64,000 nucleotides of DNA from Chiloscyllium plagiosum (Eukaryota): assembly GCF_004010195.1 (NCBI RefSeq), contig NC_057755.1, forward strand, positions 5,811,474 through 5,875,473, in the 5' to 3' direction. Both the position numbers and the translations under genes were made by a program. Positions within the stretch are counted from its first letter, which is position 1; each line of letters starts with the position of its first letter. The notes beneath the pieces were generated by a model. The model did not search any database and was not told the origin of the DNA. It worked only from the letters and a program-made list of their open reading frames with translations. Positions 1 through 13,550 of the stretch are shown piece by piece.

Positions 1-29
1 AGACATGAATGTGCGAATGCGTGCGCGCG

Positions 30-60
<31 letters not shown>

Positions 61-381
61 CACACAGATGCATACACACAGGCAGACGCACAGACACACA
101 CAAACACTCCGACGCACACACACACACACCTGCACGCACGGTTCGCCAGACACAAACATGCCTGTACACCCATACACTCACGCAGACCTGTCTCATTCAG
201 AAACTCTCGCTCATACGTTCACACATACGTTCCCACACTCACATGCACATGCACACCCTCTAACAGATTGATACCCTTTTACACTCACACTCACGAACAT
301 ACACACGCTCACTCACAGCTAGACTGAACGCATTCCGCCCCACACACGCGCGTGCACATACACACACACACACACACACAG
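1..381 (+). repeat. (CT)n/(CA)n-rich low-complexity tract
   Basis: Direct reading; the His/Thr-rich ORFs here are artefacts. Confidence 0.9.
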
Positions 382-664
382 ATGTTCCAGGCAAAAATTG
401 TACTTGCAGATTTAGATTTTATTTTGCTCAAAAACTACATGAATCCATGCAAGTTTCTGTAAAGTCATCTTTTGAGATTGGAATCAGTCTGAACCTTGTG
501 GTACAGACAGTGTCACAAAGGGCACCTCGCACATTAAATGCATTACCTGGCCCGACTTGATACCAATTGTTAAAGTTGACACAAGGAAGTAAAATTGAAA
601 TAGTTCTGTGATTTATATATGAAAGAACTGTTACCAACATGTTCATTCTAAAATGTAAAAACAA

Positions 665-1020
665 TGACTGCAAATGCTGGAAACCAGATTGTGGATTAGT
701 GGTGCTGGAAGAGCACACCAGTTCAGGCATCATCCGAGGAGCAGTAAAATCGACGTTTCGGGCAAAAGCCCTTCATCAGGAATAGAGGCAGAGAGCCTGA
801 AGGGTAGAGAGATAAGTGAGAGGAGGGTGGGGTGGGGAGAAAGTAGCATAGAGTACAATAGGTGAATGGGGGAGGGAATGAAGTTGATAGGTCGGGGATG
901 AGGGTGGAGTGGATAGATGGAAAACAAGATAGGCAGGTAGGACAAGTCATGGGGACAATACTGAGCTGGAAGTTTGGAACTGGATGAGGTGGGTGAAGGT
1001 TTACATGAGGAAACTGTTGA
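665..1020 (-). mobile_element. Penelope-like element terminal (pLTR) fragment
   Basis: Reverse complement matches the 3' end of the 48531-49632 element (IPDEGLLPETSILLLLG frame) and contains an intact hammerhead core. Confidence 0.8.
748..783 (-). ncRNA. Minimal type I hammerhead ribozyme motif of a Penelope element
   Basis: Minus strand attc-CTGATGA-a-gggc-tttt-gccc-GAAAC-GTC-gatt. Conserved CUGAUGA and GAAA boxes, a 4-bp stem II, a palindromic ACGT stem III and a GUC cleavage triplet. Confidence 0.75.
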
Positions 1021-3633
1021 ACAGAAACTGTAACGATGAGTGAAGATTTCGAAACTTACTGATTGGCACTGAACAGTTATTTCCCTTTGAGAATAGCTCG
1101 ACTGCACTTTTGTTGAACGCCAAAATTAGTTTACTGATTGAAGCTGTGCTTTGGTCGCGCATCATTCATTATCACTGGCGATATTTTGGTGTTGACATAA
1201 CGTTGATTTTTCTTAAACTCACTTCAACTTTTGCAATTGCTTGAATCCCCTTTTGTTTCCTAATTCATTTAAATAAAGTCAAAGATGCAGCCCAACACAG
1301 CATAAGACAAACCAGAATATTAATGCAATTTCACGACAGTAATACGTTCTTTCATGACAGTTAATTAATGATCTTCAGAATCATCATGTCCTGATGAATA
1401 TTCTCAAATCCCTATGCTCCCAATTGTGACACGGGTTTTGCGGATCTATATGAAAAGTATTTCCAAGAAGGTCGTTCCTCAGTGAGTCCAGGTCAGGTGT
1501 ACATTTCAGCATTGCAGGGCATTACCTCACATTACATTAACCTCACAAAGTCTGTGTGCAACAAACAATGGTATGTTATCATCTAAATCGAGGAGCAAAC
1601 GGTCACAGAGAGAGAGAAAAAAAGCAAGTGAATGCCTGAAGTGATCGCCATGTCACATTGCCAGATATCGTTTCAAAATTGAAAGATTTGAAATGTTTAT
1701 GTTTATTCACAAAGCACATCAGTCACGGCAAGTATCATGTCATACTATTTCTGGATAACTTATGCACGAAAAGTTCTTCCTGAATTAACAATATTTCCCG
1801 TCGTTGTTCAAGTATTCATTCGGCTTTCCTTTTCATGATGATCAAATTCCAGATCCTATCACTGACACCTTGGTAAGACTTCTTTTATGATATTGAATTT
1901 GCAGCATTTTTTCAATATTATGTTTTCCAAATTTGATTTAAAAAAAACAGTAAGCACGCTATGAACTTGATATGATCCCCATTTCATTTAGTCTATACTT
2001 GGCACTCAGCCTCAACAACAAAACTCTAATGGACGTTAAAAGGAAACAATATCATGTGTTCAAGCTATACTGTCAATACAACGGTGTTGCGGACTCCAAC
2101 ATTACAGACTCGACGATGCAGCTCATTGATGTTCTCAAGTCCTTCTCTGAGTGAATCCATTTAAGATTTATGTTGTGATTTATATGGATTCTGGTATGGA
2201 GAGTTTTTTTTTCCTAATTTAAATCTGCAACTGGTAATTGTAATTAATTAGTTGCATTAGTACAGCCAGTTATTCACAGAATCACAAAATTGATAAAAAT
2301 TACAATGAGGGCATTCGTCCCTTCATGCTCTTTCCTTGTACGTTATCATCTTAATAATGACAGTAGCAATGCAACATTATGAGTGTAGTCGTCATCATTC
2401 CACAGTGATGTTCAGTGAGTGAAGTATAACTAAGAGTGATGATGAAAATATAACTTAACTGAAAGGAAAGAAAATGGTTTCGACATCTATCTGTGTTTAT
2501 GTACTATATTTATTTGCTTTATTTTAAACATATAATTTATGAGAAAAGATATTTTAAATATATACATAATCACTAAGGAATTGCAGTCCTGTACAGTAGT
2601 GTATAAGCAAGCAGACAAGAATTGGAGTTTAAACAAATCATTTCTTACATGTCTCACTTGTGCAAAATGATATTTACATTAATATATTTATAGTATATAT
2701 TAACTGCATTTTGTAATTGGTTGTACAGTGAAATATCCTTGATTGTTCAATAGTCTTGGAATTTCATGCATTTGTCATTGTCTGAAAATTGTATGAAAAA
2801 TAACAACTCATTTAATCTACATTCTCAAGACATGACTTCAACATTCATTACATGGGTTGAAGAGCATACGGCTTTAACTGATTGACGACTATTTTCTAAC
2901 TAAAAGAAGGTAGGGTGGATTCCTGTTCAATCAGGGCAATGTACTGTGGAATGAATAAGCCAGTCGGCCGAGTCGTGTTTCCTTGTGCACGGTCGGTGCC
3001 TGAACAGTTCCTATGGACGAAAGGACCGACAGGTAGACTGAGTAGCAGAATAGAGGGTGTAGACTGTAATTAATGTGAAGAGGTGCTTTCTGCACTGTTG
3101 TTACAGCAGAAGTGGATGATATACAGGCAGAGCAGGGTTTGGAATGGAAGGATGTCAGAGTGTTGGATGCGTGATTTATTCTTGATAACTCCTTGGGCGA
3201 CATGGTGGCGAACTTGTCTCACATCAAAATATAATTTAAAAGTGTTCAAGGACATTGAATGCAAAGAAACCAACACAGAGACAAGGAACAGTATAAGGGC
3301 TAAAACACTTTTAAAAATGTTGTAATTAAGCAGTCTTGAAGACGTTTATAATTTGTGATTTTTCTTGTCCATTTGTTGTTAACACAGTTCTTTGAATCCC
3401 ATCTGAAAAGTTGAAAAATGACACTGTGCAGAATTGAATATTTGCAATGTTTCTCATTCTGACTAGCACGAGATGACATCAATTTCCTTCCAGCTCAGTA
3501 ATTTATATTCGCAATACGTTCATAGATTTGACCATGGATTACTACACCTTATAAGATGTCTGTAAATCTGGCATTTACGAACTGGAAACACTGAAACACA
3601 GTTCAGTGCACTCTCAGATGTGAAGATTCTCAT

Positions 3634-3677
3634 TCATTGTATAAATGAGAAAAACAGAGATTTCAAATTGCTCTTGT
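3634..3677 (-). pseudogene. Extreme 3' end of the same LINE-disrupted GPR139-like copy
   Basis: Reverse complement aagagcaatttgaaatctctgtttttctcatttatacaatgaatgag and the following ~90 bp match the gene end and 3' flank of the copy at ~49895-50010. Confidence 0.6.
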
Positions 3678-5095
3678 CAAAAGGGTAACTAGGGAAAGAA
3701 TAGGGCCCCTCAAAGATCTGCAAGGCGGCCGTTATGTGGAGCCGCAGAAAATGGGGGAGATACGAAATGAGTAGTTTGCATCAGTATTTACTGCGGAAAA
3801 GGATATGGAAGATATAGTCTGTAGGGAAATAGATTGTGACATCTTGCAAAATGTCTAGATAACAGAAGAGGAAGCGTTGGGTGTCTTGAAACAGGGAAAC
3901 GTGGATACAACCCCAGGGCCTGATCATGTGTACCCGAGAACTCAGTGGGAAGCTAGACAAGTGATTGCTGTGCCTCTTGCTGAGATATTTGTATTATGAA
4001 TAGTCGCATGTGAGGTGCTGGAAGACTGGAGGCTGGCAAACGTGGTGCCACTGTTTAAGAAGGGTGGTAAGGAGAAGCCTCGGAACTATAGACCAGTGAG
4101 CCTGATGTCGGTAGTAAGCAAGGTGTTGGAGGGAATACTGAGAGACAAATATACACGTATTAGGAAAGGCAAGGACTGATTCTGGATAGTCAACATGGCT
4201 TTTTGCGTGGGAAATCATGTCTCACAAACTTGATAGAGTTTATTGAAGAAGTACCAAAAATAATTGACTAGGGCCAAGCGGTAGATGTGATCAATATGGA
4301 CATCAGTAAGAGTTCGACATGGGAGACTGATTAGCAAAGCTAGATCTCATGGAATACAGGGAGAACTAGCCATTTGGATACAGAACTGGCAGAAAGGTAG
4401 AAGACAGAGAGTGGTGGTGGAGGGTTGTTTTTCAGACTGGAGGCCTGTGCCCAGTGGAGTGCCACAAGGATCAGTGCTAGTCCTCTACTTTTTGTCATTT
4501 ACATAAATGATTTGGGTGTGAGTATAAGAGGTGCAGTTCGTAAATTTGCAGATGACACCAAAATTGGAGGTGAAGTGCACAGCGAAGAGGGATACTCAGA
4601 TTGCAACAGGATGTTGACTAGACTGCCAATGGACTGAGAAGTGGCATATGGACTTCAATTCAGAGAAATGCGAGGTGCTGCATTTTGGGAAAGCAAATCT
4701 TAGCAGGACATATACACTTAATGGTGTGGTCTGAGGGAGTGTTGCTGAAGAAAGAGACCTTGGGGCGCAGGTTCATAACTCCTTGAATGTGGAGTCGCAA
4801 GTAGATAGGATAGTGAAGAAGGTGTTTGCTATGCTTGCTTTTGTTGGTTAGAGTATTGAGTACAGGCGCTGGGAGGTCATGTTGCTGCTGTATATGACAT
4901 TGGTTTGGCCGCTGTTGGAATATTGCGTGCAATTCTGGTCTCCTTCCTATTGGAAAGATGTTGCAAAACTTGAAAGAGCTCAGAAAAGATTTACAAGGAT
5001 GTTGCCAGGGTTGGAGGATCTGAGGTACAGGGAGAGGCCGAACAGGCGGGGGCTGTTTTCCCTGGCGCGTCGGAAGCTGTGGGGTAACCTTATAA
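3678..5095 (+). mobile_element. CR1 LINE ORF2 fragment (RT), truncated at both ends
   Basis: NYRPVSL, FVIYINDL, KFADDTKIGG and LEYCVQFWSP motifs with frameshifts. Confidence 0.9.
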
Positions 5096-5096
5096 A

Positions 5097-5238
5097 AATA
5101 AATAAATAACCTCTCTCAATATGACCTGAAATGGCATAACCAGGAGATCTGTTATTGTGATAGCTAGGAGATGGCGAGTGGTGCTCTTCAAAACGGCACA
5201 TTGTCCACGGGAGAGAATTATAACCACCAGCAAATTAC
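5097..5238 (-). pseudogene. GPR139-like pseudogene, 5' part of exon 2, truncated by a CR1 LINE
   Basis: Acceptor ctttgtttcacgcacag|GTAATTTG, then NLLVVIILSRGQCAVLKSTTRHLLAITITDLLVMPFQVILREVIY, which aligns with NLVAIMILFRGKCGLSKCTTFYLVAMALADLLFITSEVILWRISY of the intact gene. Confidence 0.85.
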
Positions 5239-8200
5239 CTGTGCGTGAAACAAAGGTAGAAATGTTGGAATGGACTCACAAAACACTTCTACCTCCAATT
5301 CTGCCAGTGTGGATGAATAGAGTAAAGGTTCAGTGGAGGCAATGGCAGTGTTTTGCTGTTGTGAAATGTGAAAACCCCAATGCCAAATACAAAATAATTT
5401 CGGATTTACGAGGTGTCCAGATACTGGAAAGGAGTTGAATTCTCAAATACATGTGACATGTCTGGAGCATTGCCTGACTGACAGGGGAGTGTCGAGATGA
5501 ATGCCCGAATGATGAATTGTATTTTCTGAGGTGTTTCTTGTTCTGGATGATAATGATAGAATTGGTTCCCATTTCAAACTGAACTTCTTCCAGACACCTC
5601 ACAAAATAAATCTGTCTCCCCTTGACCAGACACTCAACACAACTGTTTCTCACATTAGCTATCAGCCATGCTTCACGACTCTCTATGATTCGTACACAAC
5701 TCAGAATCAGAAACACGACTAAGTGGGTGGCCTTTTACCTTTGTTCCATGTTGCAGGTCTGTTTTATATTTCTGAAGCATGTGTCTCCATCCTCCATTAG
5801 CATGAATCCTGTATGAGATAATGAAATAGGAGGACACAAATATGGTCCAACCTGAGAAATGTTCATGGCGAATCTTACTATCCCACATTCCGTTGTAGCT
5901 CTGATCGCCTTTCACTCATATCGAATGCAGTCTCAATTTAACATTTACTCAAAAAGTGAATTCCTCTGCTTTTAGTGCACTTGCAGAAACTCAGTGAAAT
6001 ATACTAAATATCTCTGGTAAGATAAAAAAAAAACATTCTGAACTCTCTCTGGCATGTGCTGGCTCTTAAATCGGCACAGAATCCCAAAACAATTCAATTC
6101 CACACAAGATGAAAATATCCTTAAATTTGTAATGCAACATCAGTGCTTAACATAATTTCCTTAACTGTTGCCTCATGACCTAGAAAGCATAATGGAATAC
6201 AAGGCAAAAGTGATCCAAAACCTCGCTGATGGTGTGGAAAAGCCAATGTTTCCAAAGAAAGAGAAACATTCTGTTTAGCCTAGTTTTCCACCATTCGAAA
6301 TACCAGAAGCATCACACTCACACACACACAGCTCCCTTGCGCTCTCTCTCTCTCTCTCTGACACACACACACACACGTACACTCTCACGCACACATTCAC
6401 TGAATCAGTAATGGGCCTGGCAGGAAGTATATCACCAAGACAGTGCCAATGTCACCAGTATTCAGAACCGAACGCTGATGGAAGGGTGGTTTGCATTCAG
6501 GTGAGTGCCCTACTCAACTCTTGCCTTTTTCTTTGCCTGCCTTATCCCAACAATACATATCCATGAGACAATTAAGTTCTGCTTTGGCCACAGCAAACTA
6601 AGGAAGATGCGAACACGTGACACCAGATCTCACAGACGTATGGCAGTGATGCAAAATGATGTCCAGCTTATGAGACTCGAAGGTCAAGCTATGTGGAAAA
6701 ACGACAATTTCCACCACATTTTTGACACAGTAGAGTTGGAATAGCCTGGTGTTCCAACATTAGAAGCAAAATGTGTTTGAAGCTTTATTGTGGATATGTA
6801 GCAATCAAATGTTGCTGCTGATGATCTTCTTTCTTACCGCTAGAAAAAAAACTTTATGTAACATGAAAAAGTTATTGCCAACTAGAAAGGGAATAATTCA
6901 TGGTCACATTGAAGGCTCTGAATGCTTCCTCCTGCTACTATATTTTTAATTTCGATATTTTACCAATACTGAGTAAAATAAAATAATAAAGTTTTAAATC
7001 AATCTTTCGAATGATAATTACACTGTTGTAGATCAATTAGATGGTGTGCCATGCTCGTTATTACATTTTCAGTTGTTCTTATTTGGTAATCTGGTCACCT
7101 GATCGAGACATCGATTACATCATCCTTATTCTGAAATAATCACGAATAATTCAACACTGTCGTCTTCTGCTGTCTTCCATACACAATTTCCAATGTCTGA
7201 TCACTCCAGCAATATATTGCTGCAGGCGAGGCTGCTCCACATGTCGTTATAATTATATATAATCAAACAAAGAACTGCAGGTCTTGGAAACCTGAAGTAG
7301 AGGCTCAAATTCCCGGAGAAACTTAGCTCGTCCGGCATCATGCGTTGCGAGAGAAAAAATCATAAGCGCCACTGGTTGGAAAACTACTAACTCGAGTTTA
7401 GAAGAATTCCACTGTCTATTCACCCGATCAATGCCCTATAAGCTCTCTCGATATAGCTCAGGCACACTAGCCCAGGCAACATCGAGGGAAACATTGTTTG
7501 CACTCTGTACAAGGCTTCCTGTGGTGATTAGAAGTGCACAACAATACACTAAATACAATTGGATTTTTTTATGTAGCTGCAACATCAATTGTCAACTTAG
7601 ATGCTCAATTCCTCGACTGATGAAATAACGCACGCCAAGCACTTTCGGTACAATCCCTTCTCTCTGTGTTGTCACTTTCGGTATCAAGTCTTGAAACTAT
7701 CTCACATTGGAAAATGAAGTGAAAGGAAACTCTGGAAGGGCATGCATCAAATATATAGTTCTTGGTTTGTGGACCAAGCATAAGGAGCTTCCAAATATGA
7801 CCAAAAGGACACTGGCATGCTTTTGAAATGACAGAGCTGTAGCTGCAAATAGTCTTACCCTTGCTCTTTCTTCAATCATTTGACAACTGTACTGGTGAAC
7901 TTGAGACACTTCTGGAAACCCTTAACATAAATACACAAAATTGCTCTATACACCCACTTTTTTCAGTTACAAAGGAATCTCAAGACCAGCTTCGAACATT
8001 GAGAATATCCGGTTAAATTCAATGCGATGTGCGATGATTGCCTTATGCCTAGTACTGGGTTGTTAAATTCATTTGTAGCTATGAAATAAACTGGCATAAC
8101 AATCATGGAAACATCTGTGCTTTCTCATTTGAATCTTTGACTCTAGCCTGTGGTTCACCATGTTCGAAAAGTGTGAGTGGACCATAAGATTAATCGAAGT

Positions 8201-8239
8201 ATATTATTTTCAAGAGCATTGAACTTCTAAAGAATAATT

Positions 8240-8995
8240 TGAACGCTATGCCATTATTTCTTTCTGATTGAGCGCACTTTGGCTGTTGGCCCCAACAGTT
8301 GCAAATGGAGTTTAATTGAGCTAAATATAAACTGTTTCATTTTGGTAAGGTGAATAACCGCAGTTATCTGTGGAAAATTGCTGAACAAAGAGAGCTTTGA
8401 GTGCATATGCAAAAATGTTTGAAGGTGGAGTGACGGGTCATCAGGGCAGTGAAGAAGCTATTTCTTACGCTTGTGCTTACTAGTCTTCCATTGAATAAAT
8501 GAGTTGGGAGGTCATGTTCCGGTCATGCAGGTCATTGGTCAGGCTCCTTTGAGAACACTGCATTCAAGTCCATTCTCCCTGCCAAGGTTGGAGACTTTGA
8601 ACTATGGGGGCAGGCTGAACGGGTTGGAGTTTCTTCCATGGAGCTTCAGAGGTTAGAGTTGATAAATTCACGGCAGTTGTTAACAGGGAGAATTGCCAAC
8701 GTCGTTTTCAGACGATAGGGGAGTCCAAAAATACAGCGCACAGTTTTAAGAGGAGACAGAGAGGACAGTAAAGGAAAGTAAGTGTCATTTGTATCACAGA
8801 GTGGATGGCGTGTGCATGGAACAGGCTGTCACAGGAAGTGGTGGAGGTTGGGACAATTACAATATTTCAAAGGCATTTGAATGGGGTGGCTGAGAGGGAT
8901 GTCGGCTAACTGCTGCCAAGTAGAACGAGATGATGGAGGATTTCTTGTCACCATGGACGACATGGAGTGAACATTCTGTTTCCGTGTCGTGAAAT
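8240..8995 (+). mobile_element. Old CR1 LINE 3' fragment
   Basis: Degenerate similarity to the 3' ORF2 and 3'UTR of 52450-53240. Confidence 0.65.
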
Positions 8996-10611
8996 GACGT
9001 CACACAATAAATTCTGACTAATCTTTTGACAATGCCTATACTTATTTTACTGTTGGACAAAACGAACGCAATTTCTGAGTTAGATTTCCAAATCATTACG
9101 GGGCAGAACAAGCTTGGGCAGTTTTCTACAAATTGCAGAAATAGACCATTGGAAGCTTTTTGGAAGGTTTAGGTCAGGTGAAGCATGCACGTGTTGCAAC
9201 GTAAAACTTTCTCTATTGGTCTAATGTCTTTGTATTATTTATTATCATCCTCCATTCTTCATACCCTGTGCTTGGAAATGGAATCATAGCGCGGTCGGTT
9301 TTGATAGATTATCAGCAGCTATGAATCGACATGAAAATTCAGCCGTTTATTTTAAAGTTCGGCACAAGAAAATACAAATGAAAAGAAACAGGCAGCACGA
9401 TAAAATGTTTAAAAAAGACTGACTGAATTGTTTGCCATTTTACAATTGAACTATCTTAAATAATTCCAGTGAAAAAATAAAGCTTATCACAATTGCACAT
9501 AGATGGACAGTCACATTAACAGAATAGCACCACAAACAACTATCCCATTCCCAACAGAGAAACCTACTTTGCACAAACCTACAGGAATAGATATTTTCAA
9601 TAATGTCTTCCTCAGAACGTCTACATTACCTGATGTCCACGTCAAAACTGTACAACATTACATGGAAAAGTTAAATGATTACCAGAATGTCATTTGAAGA
9701 ATTGGAATAAAATTGCAGACACAAATCAACTCAGTTTATCCAACAACTGACTGCCTGATGTATGGCCTGTGCAGTTGTGAACACCATATATATTTTCAAG
9801 CACAGTGTTAAATTTGCAAATCTTCGACTATTACACAGCAGCTCAGATGCAGCAAAGATGTAGTCGACTCTTGTAAGATCGTACATTTGAAACGTAATTT
9901 CTAAAGTAACATATGCTGCTTTGTGTTAATTGCTTCGTATTTACTTCGACAGTGAAGAAAATCAAAGTACCATTGATTTTTCCTTCTCAAACTTCAGTGG
10001 CGCTTGTAATCCTCAGGATGCTGACACTGACAAAGTTTGAAAGATTGATTCACTTTGCAGATGAGTTAGGTCATGTGAACATCATGTTTTCCAAATAAGA
10101 CAAAATAAAAGATTACTACAATGTGTTAGATTGCCTTTCTTTGATGAGATACTTTGAGTTGAGACACAAGTGCAGAACTCTGACAAAGAGAAAAAAGAAT
10201 GAAATTTCAGAACAAAACTGTTGTCCACTCGAATATCACAGACGTTAATACATTTCTTGTTGTTTCTTCATTGAAATCTAATTAATGCATTTCGATAGCA
10301 TATGAGGTCTGTTAGAACTATTTTTCATAGAAAAGAGGGTTAACTTTTCTCTATTTACCTGGAAGTGCTGCTTTATTATAGATCCAATATGAAGATCAAA
10401 TTGGCGAGAATTAAAATTGATTCAGTTTTTAAATGGATGAAAATATGTTGATTACGTTCACCGTCAATTCTCTGAACACCTTCCCATATTTATACAGCTC
10501 TGGTCAATTGCTGCTCCGTTGTCTCGGTTCTCTACGTCCTCCAGGTTGTATTTCGTTAGGACTCAGCTCAGGAAGTAAATCAGGGGAATGAGTAACTCAT
10601 TACAGCGTTTT

Positions 10612-10735
10612 TTGTCGCAGTGCTTAGCACTGCTGCCTCACAGTGCCAGAGACCTGGGTTCTATTCCCGCCTCAGACACCTGTCTTTGTGGAATTTGCAC
10701 GTTTACCCCGTGTCTGCGTGGGTTTGCTCCCGGCG
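10612..10735 (+). mobile_element. HE1-type SINE 5' fragment
   Basis: gcagtgcttagcactgctgcctcacagtgccagagacctgggttctattccc tRNA-like head. Confidence 0.7.
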
Positions 10736-11179
10736 AACTAGATTTCGGAGCGCTTCTCCGTCAGCAGGTGATTGTGGAGTAAATGATTGTAAGACAGAAG
10801 TTTACAGTATGATGTAACTTGATTGAAAAATTCCTTGATTGTCTGTTACGACTCCCATCTGTTAGAATGGCTGTTAATTTCACTTAGTTCGTATGTAAAT
10901 CGCAAACATTTAAAAAAAAGTTACACTCTCAAATGTACTTTAACAATTGGTGTCAGCCCAGAAAATGCATTAGGTATTAGCAGCTCTGTGTGCTATTGTC
11001 TGTGCTATAATGTTGAGACTGACTCTAATCTTAAAAAAAGGCAATAACGGAATCTTGCATGCTTTCGTGCAGTTTTTGAGTAAAGTACAATGTAACTTTG
11101 CAAGTACAAATTCATCCCACAAATTTATATGTGTATGTGCGCATGTAAGTGCGTATGTGTGTGGGTGGGGGGTGGGGGG

Positions 11180-11253
11180 GGGGGTGTCTGGGCGGTTGTG
11201 AAGGAATTGAAGGAGAAGTTGCTGAGGGTGAGGACCAGTTCCACCAGTCGAAT

Positions 11254-11293
<40 letters not shown>

Positions 11294-11575
11294 TGCAATG
11301 GGCTCACCTGTAGCGTGTCATGAACCCAAGGTCTCGGTTGAGGTCATCTCTACGGGTCCCGAACTTAGAAATCAGCCTCTGCTCGGCCACTTATCACTGC
11401 TGCCTGTCTGGAAGTCCGCCTTGGAGGATGGTCATCTGAAGGTCCAAGGTTGAATATTCCAGACTGCTGAAGTGTTCTCCAACTGGGAGGGAACACTTCT
11501 GTCTGTTGACTGTTGTGCAGTGCCCATTCATCCGCTGCTGTAGCCTCTGCTCACTTTCCAATGAACCATGCTGCT
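11180..11575 (-). mobile_element. Penelope-like element fragment (GIY-YIG C-terminus) with embedded (GT)n
   Basis: QRLQQRMNGHCTTVNRQKCSLPVGEHFSSLEYSTLDLQMTILQGGL resembles the PVAEHF...DMQV motif of the 48.5 kb element. Confidence 0.7.
11256..11291 (+). repeat. (GT)n microsatellite
   Basis: Perfect GT run. Confidence 0.95.
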
Positions 11576-13314
11576 GAATATGACATTTAAAGTGAGTTAT
11601 TTGATCAATATCTTGATTGTGCTTCATCGAACACATTCGACCAACCTTGCGCATGTTGGCACTCAAAGTGGATACCTGCTCATCTATCTGAATTCTTGTA
11701 CAACCTCGGGCATCTGTGTAATGACTCAAACCAAATTGAGTGCACAGCAACAAAAGGTTTTGGAATCGCCTTGGACACTTCTCCTGATAATTGTCGAAAC
11801 ATTTAAAGAATATTGAAAAGTTTCAAGACCAACTTGCAATTCAATTTCTGCCCATGCTGTTGTCTGCAATGAACACTTTATACATTTTGAAGAAGATTTG
11901 CACCAGATTTCAAACGTTAACTCTGTTTCTCCATCCATCTCTCTTTCTCTCTCTCTCTCTCTCACACACACACACGCACTGCAGAGTTTCACCAGTACTC
12001 CCCCGTTACCCTTCCTTGAACAAAGGTGTATCATTCTGTGTTTATGAATCCAGGTTAGCATTGCAGTATTCACTTTACATTGTCCTCTTCAATCGAAAAA
12101 CTAAGTGCTGTATGATATTTAGACAGCAAAGATTCGATGTTAATGGAGTAAAATGACAGAAAGCCAGGGATGTATTCCGGACATTTTGAAGAACTGAAGG
12201 TGACTGAAGTTTTCTAGAGAATAATGAAAACTACTGGGTTAGATGGAGAAAGACTGTTTCTCGATCTAGGAACAGATCTTATCTAATAAGTGAAGGACAA
12301 AAGTGAAGGAACAAAGCCTCAAATTCACATACATCATGTTGCACAGACTTTTCCTTGTTGACTCACTTACTGAAACTATCCAATCATCTGTTAAGTCCTT
12401 CTAAGTCTGCCTTGCAATTTACTGTGCCATCTAACCTTTTGTTATTAGCTAAAATAACATATATTAACCTCATCTCTCTCATTGATGAGATTTATAAAAA
12501 GCTGGATCTCATGCAATGGTTCTTCTCATACCCACTATTACCAGCGTTACAACCGATAAATGATCTGTTGATTTTCACTCTAAGTTTTGTGTTTATCTCA
12601 ATCCTCATCCGAAGTCTTGTTTCCCCATCACTAGTGCTCTCAGTGACGTGTGTTAACTCTCCGTTCAATAGCACCGGTTTTTGATAATTTTGTATTATCT
12701 TGCTTGCAAATCCTTTCCTGACTTCAGCAGTTCAACTCCTTTCAAAATGTTCCAACACATCATCCCACTGCTCTTTCAGTTACTTCGCCATACTTGTGTC
12801 ATGAGGTTTGTGGTAAAAAAATATTTTTCTTTACCTTCGAACCAGTCATAACTACCTGAAATAGGGCAGGAGGAAGCAGCCTATAGCATTTCATTGATGT
12901 ACCATTCGCGAATCAAAATAGCTTGAATGAATGATATCGAACTTACAATACTGGAAGCTCTTTGCATTTGGTATGTGAGAGTATGAGATTCACAGACACA
13001 GAAATTATGGATGAATTGAAAAACACTTCAAGCGTATTTGACAAAAGCCTGTACGTCATCATGCACTACCTCTTTGTGTAAATCGATTCTTGTTATTTAT
13101 TTTCATTCCAAGCAGAAATACATTCTGCTGATATGAAGTTGAAGGTGTGTGTTGTAGTTGGATGAAGACCATCTGCCGTTGAAAGAGAAACACATGGAGA
13201 ACAAATATCTTGGTGCGTAAGATGTCATTTCTGGCAGGAATTTCATCCTGTGAGGGATAGGAATTTGGGGAAGCTGAGATTCTTCACTACAAAACTAAGA
13301 GTAAAGCACAGTTT

Positions 13315-13550
13315 TAAGAAGATTTGCAGCTCATGTTGAGGTTCTGGATGTAGGGTTGCTTGCTGAGCAAGAAGGTTCGTTTTCAGATATTTCATCACCA
13401 TACCAGGTAGCATCATCAGTGAGCCTCCAGATGAAGCACTGGTGGGTTCGCCCGCTTTTTATTTACGTGTTTAGCTTTCTTTGATTTGTAGCGTCATTTA
13501 TCGTGGAGATGTCATTTCCTGTTCGTTTTCTCAGCGGGTGGTCATGCACA
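13315..13550 (-). mobile_element. Penelope-like terminal fragment of a second family, with decayed hammerhead
   Basis: Minus strand CTGATGAtgctacctggtatggtgatGAAAtatc at ~13385-13420. Confidence 0.5.

Noticed and set aside
5..271. His/Thr-rich ORFs (also 34471-34791, 62418-62718)
   Set aside because: Translations of CA/GT microsatellite-like tracts.
5735..5790. Possible decayed exon 1 for the 5238 pseudogene (MLQKYK…|gtaaaa); similar weak candidates at ~10350 and ~23410
   Set aside because: They lack the YY…AxxGVP signature and the similarity is too weak to call.
6410..6506. Exon ending in a strong donor CAG|GTGAGT
   Set aside because: No recognisable coding content or partner exon found.
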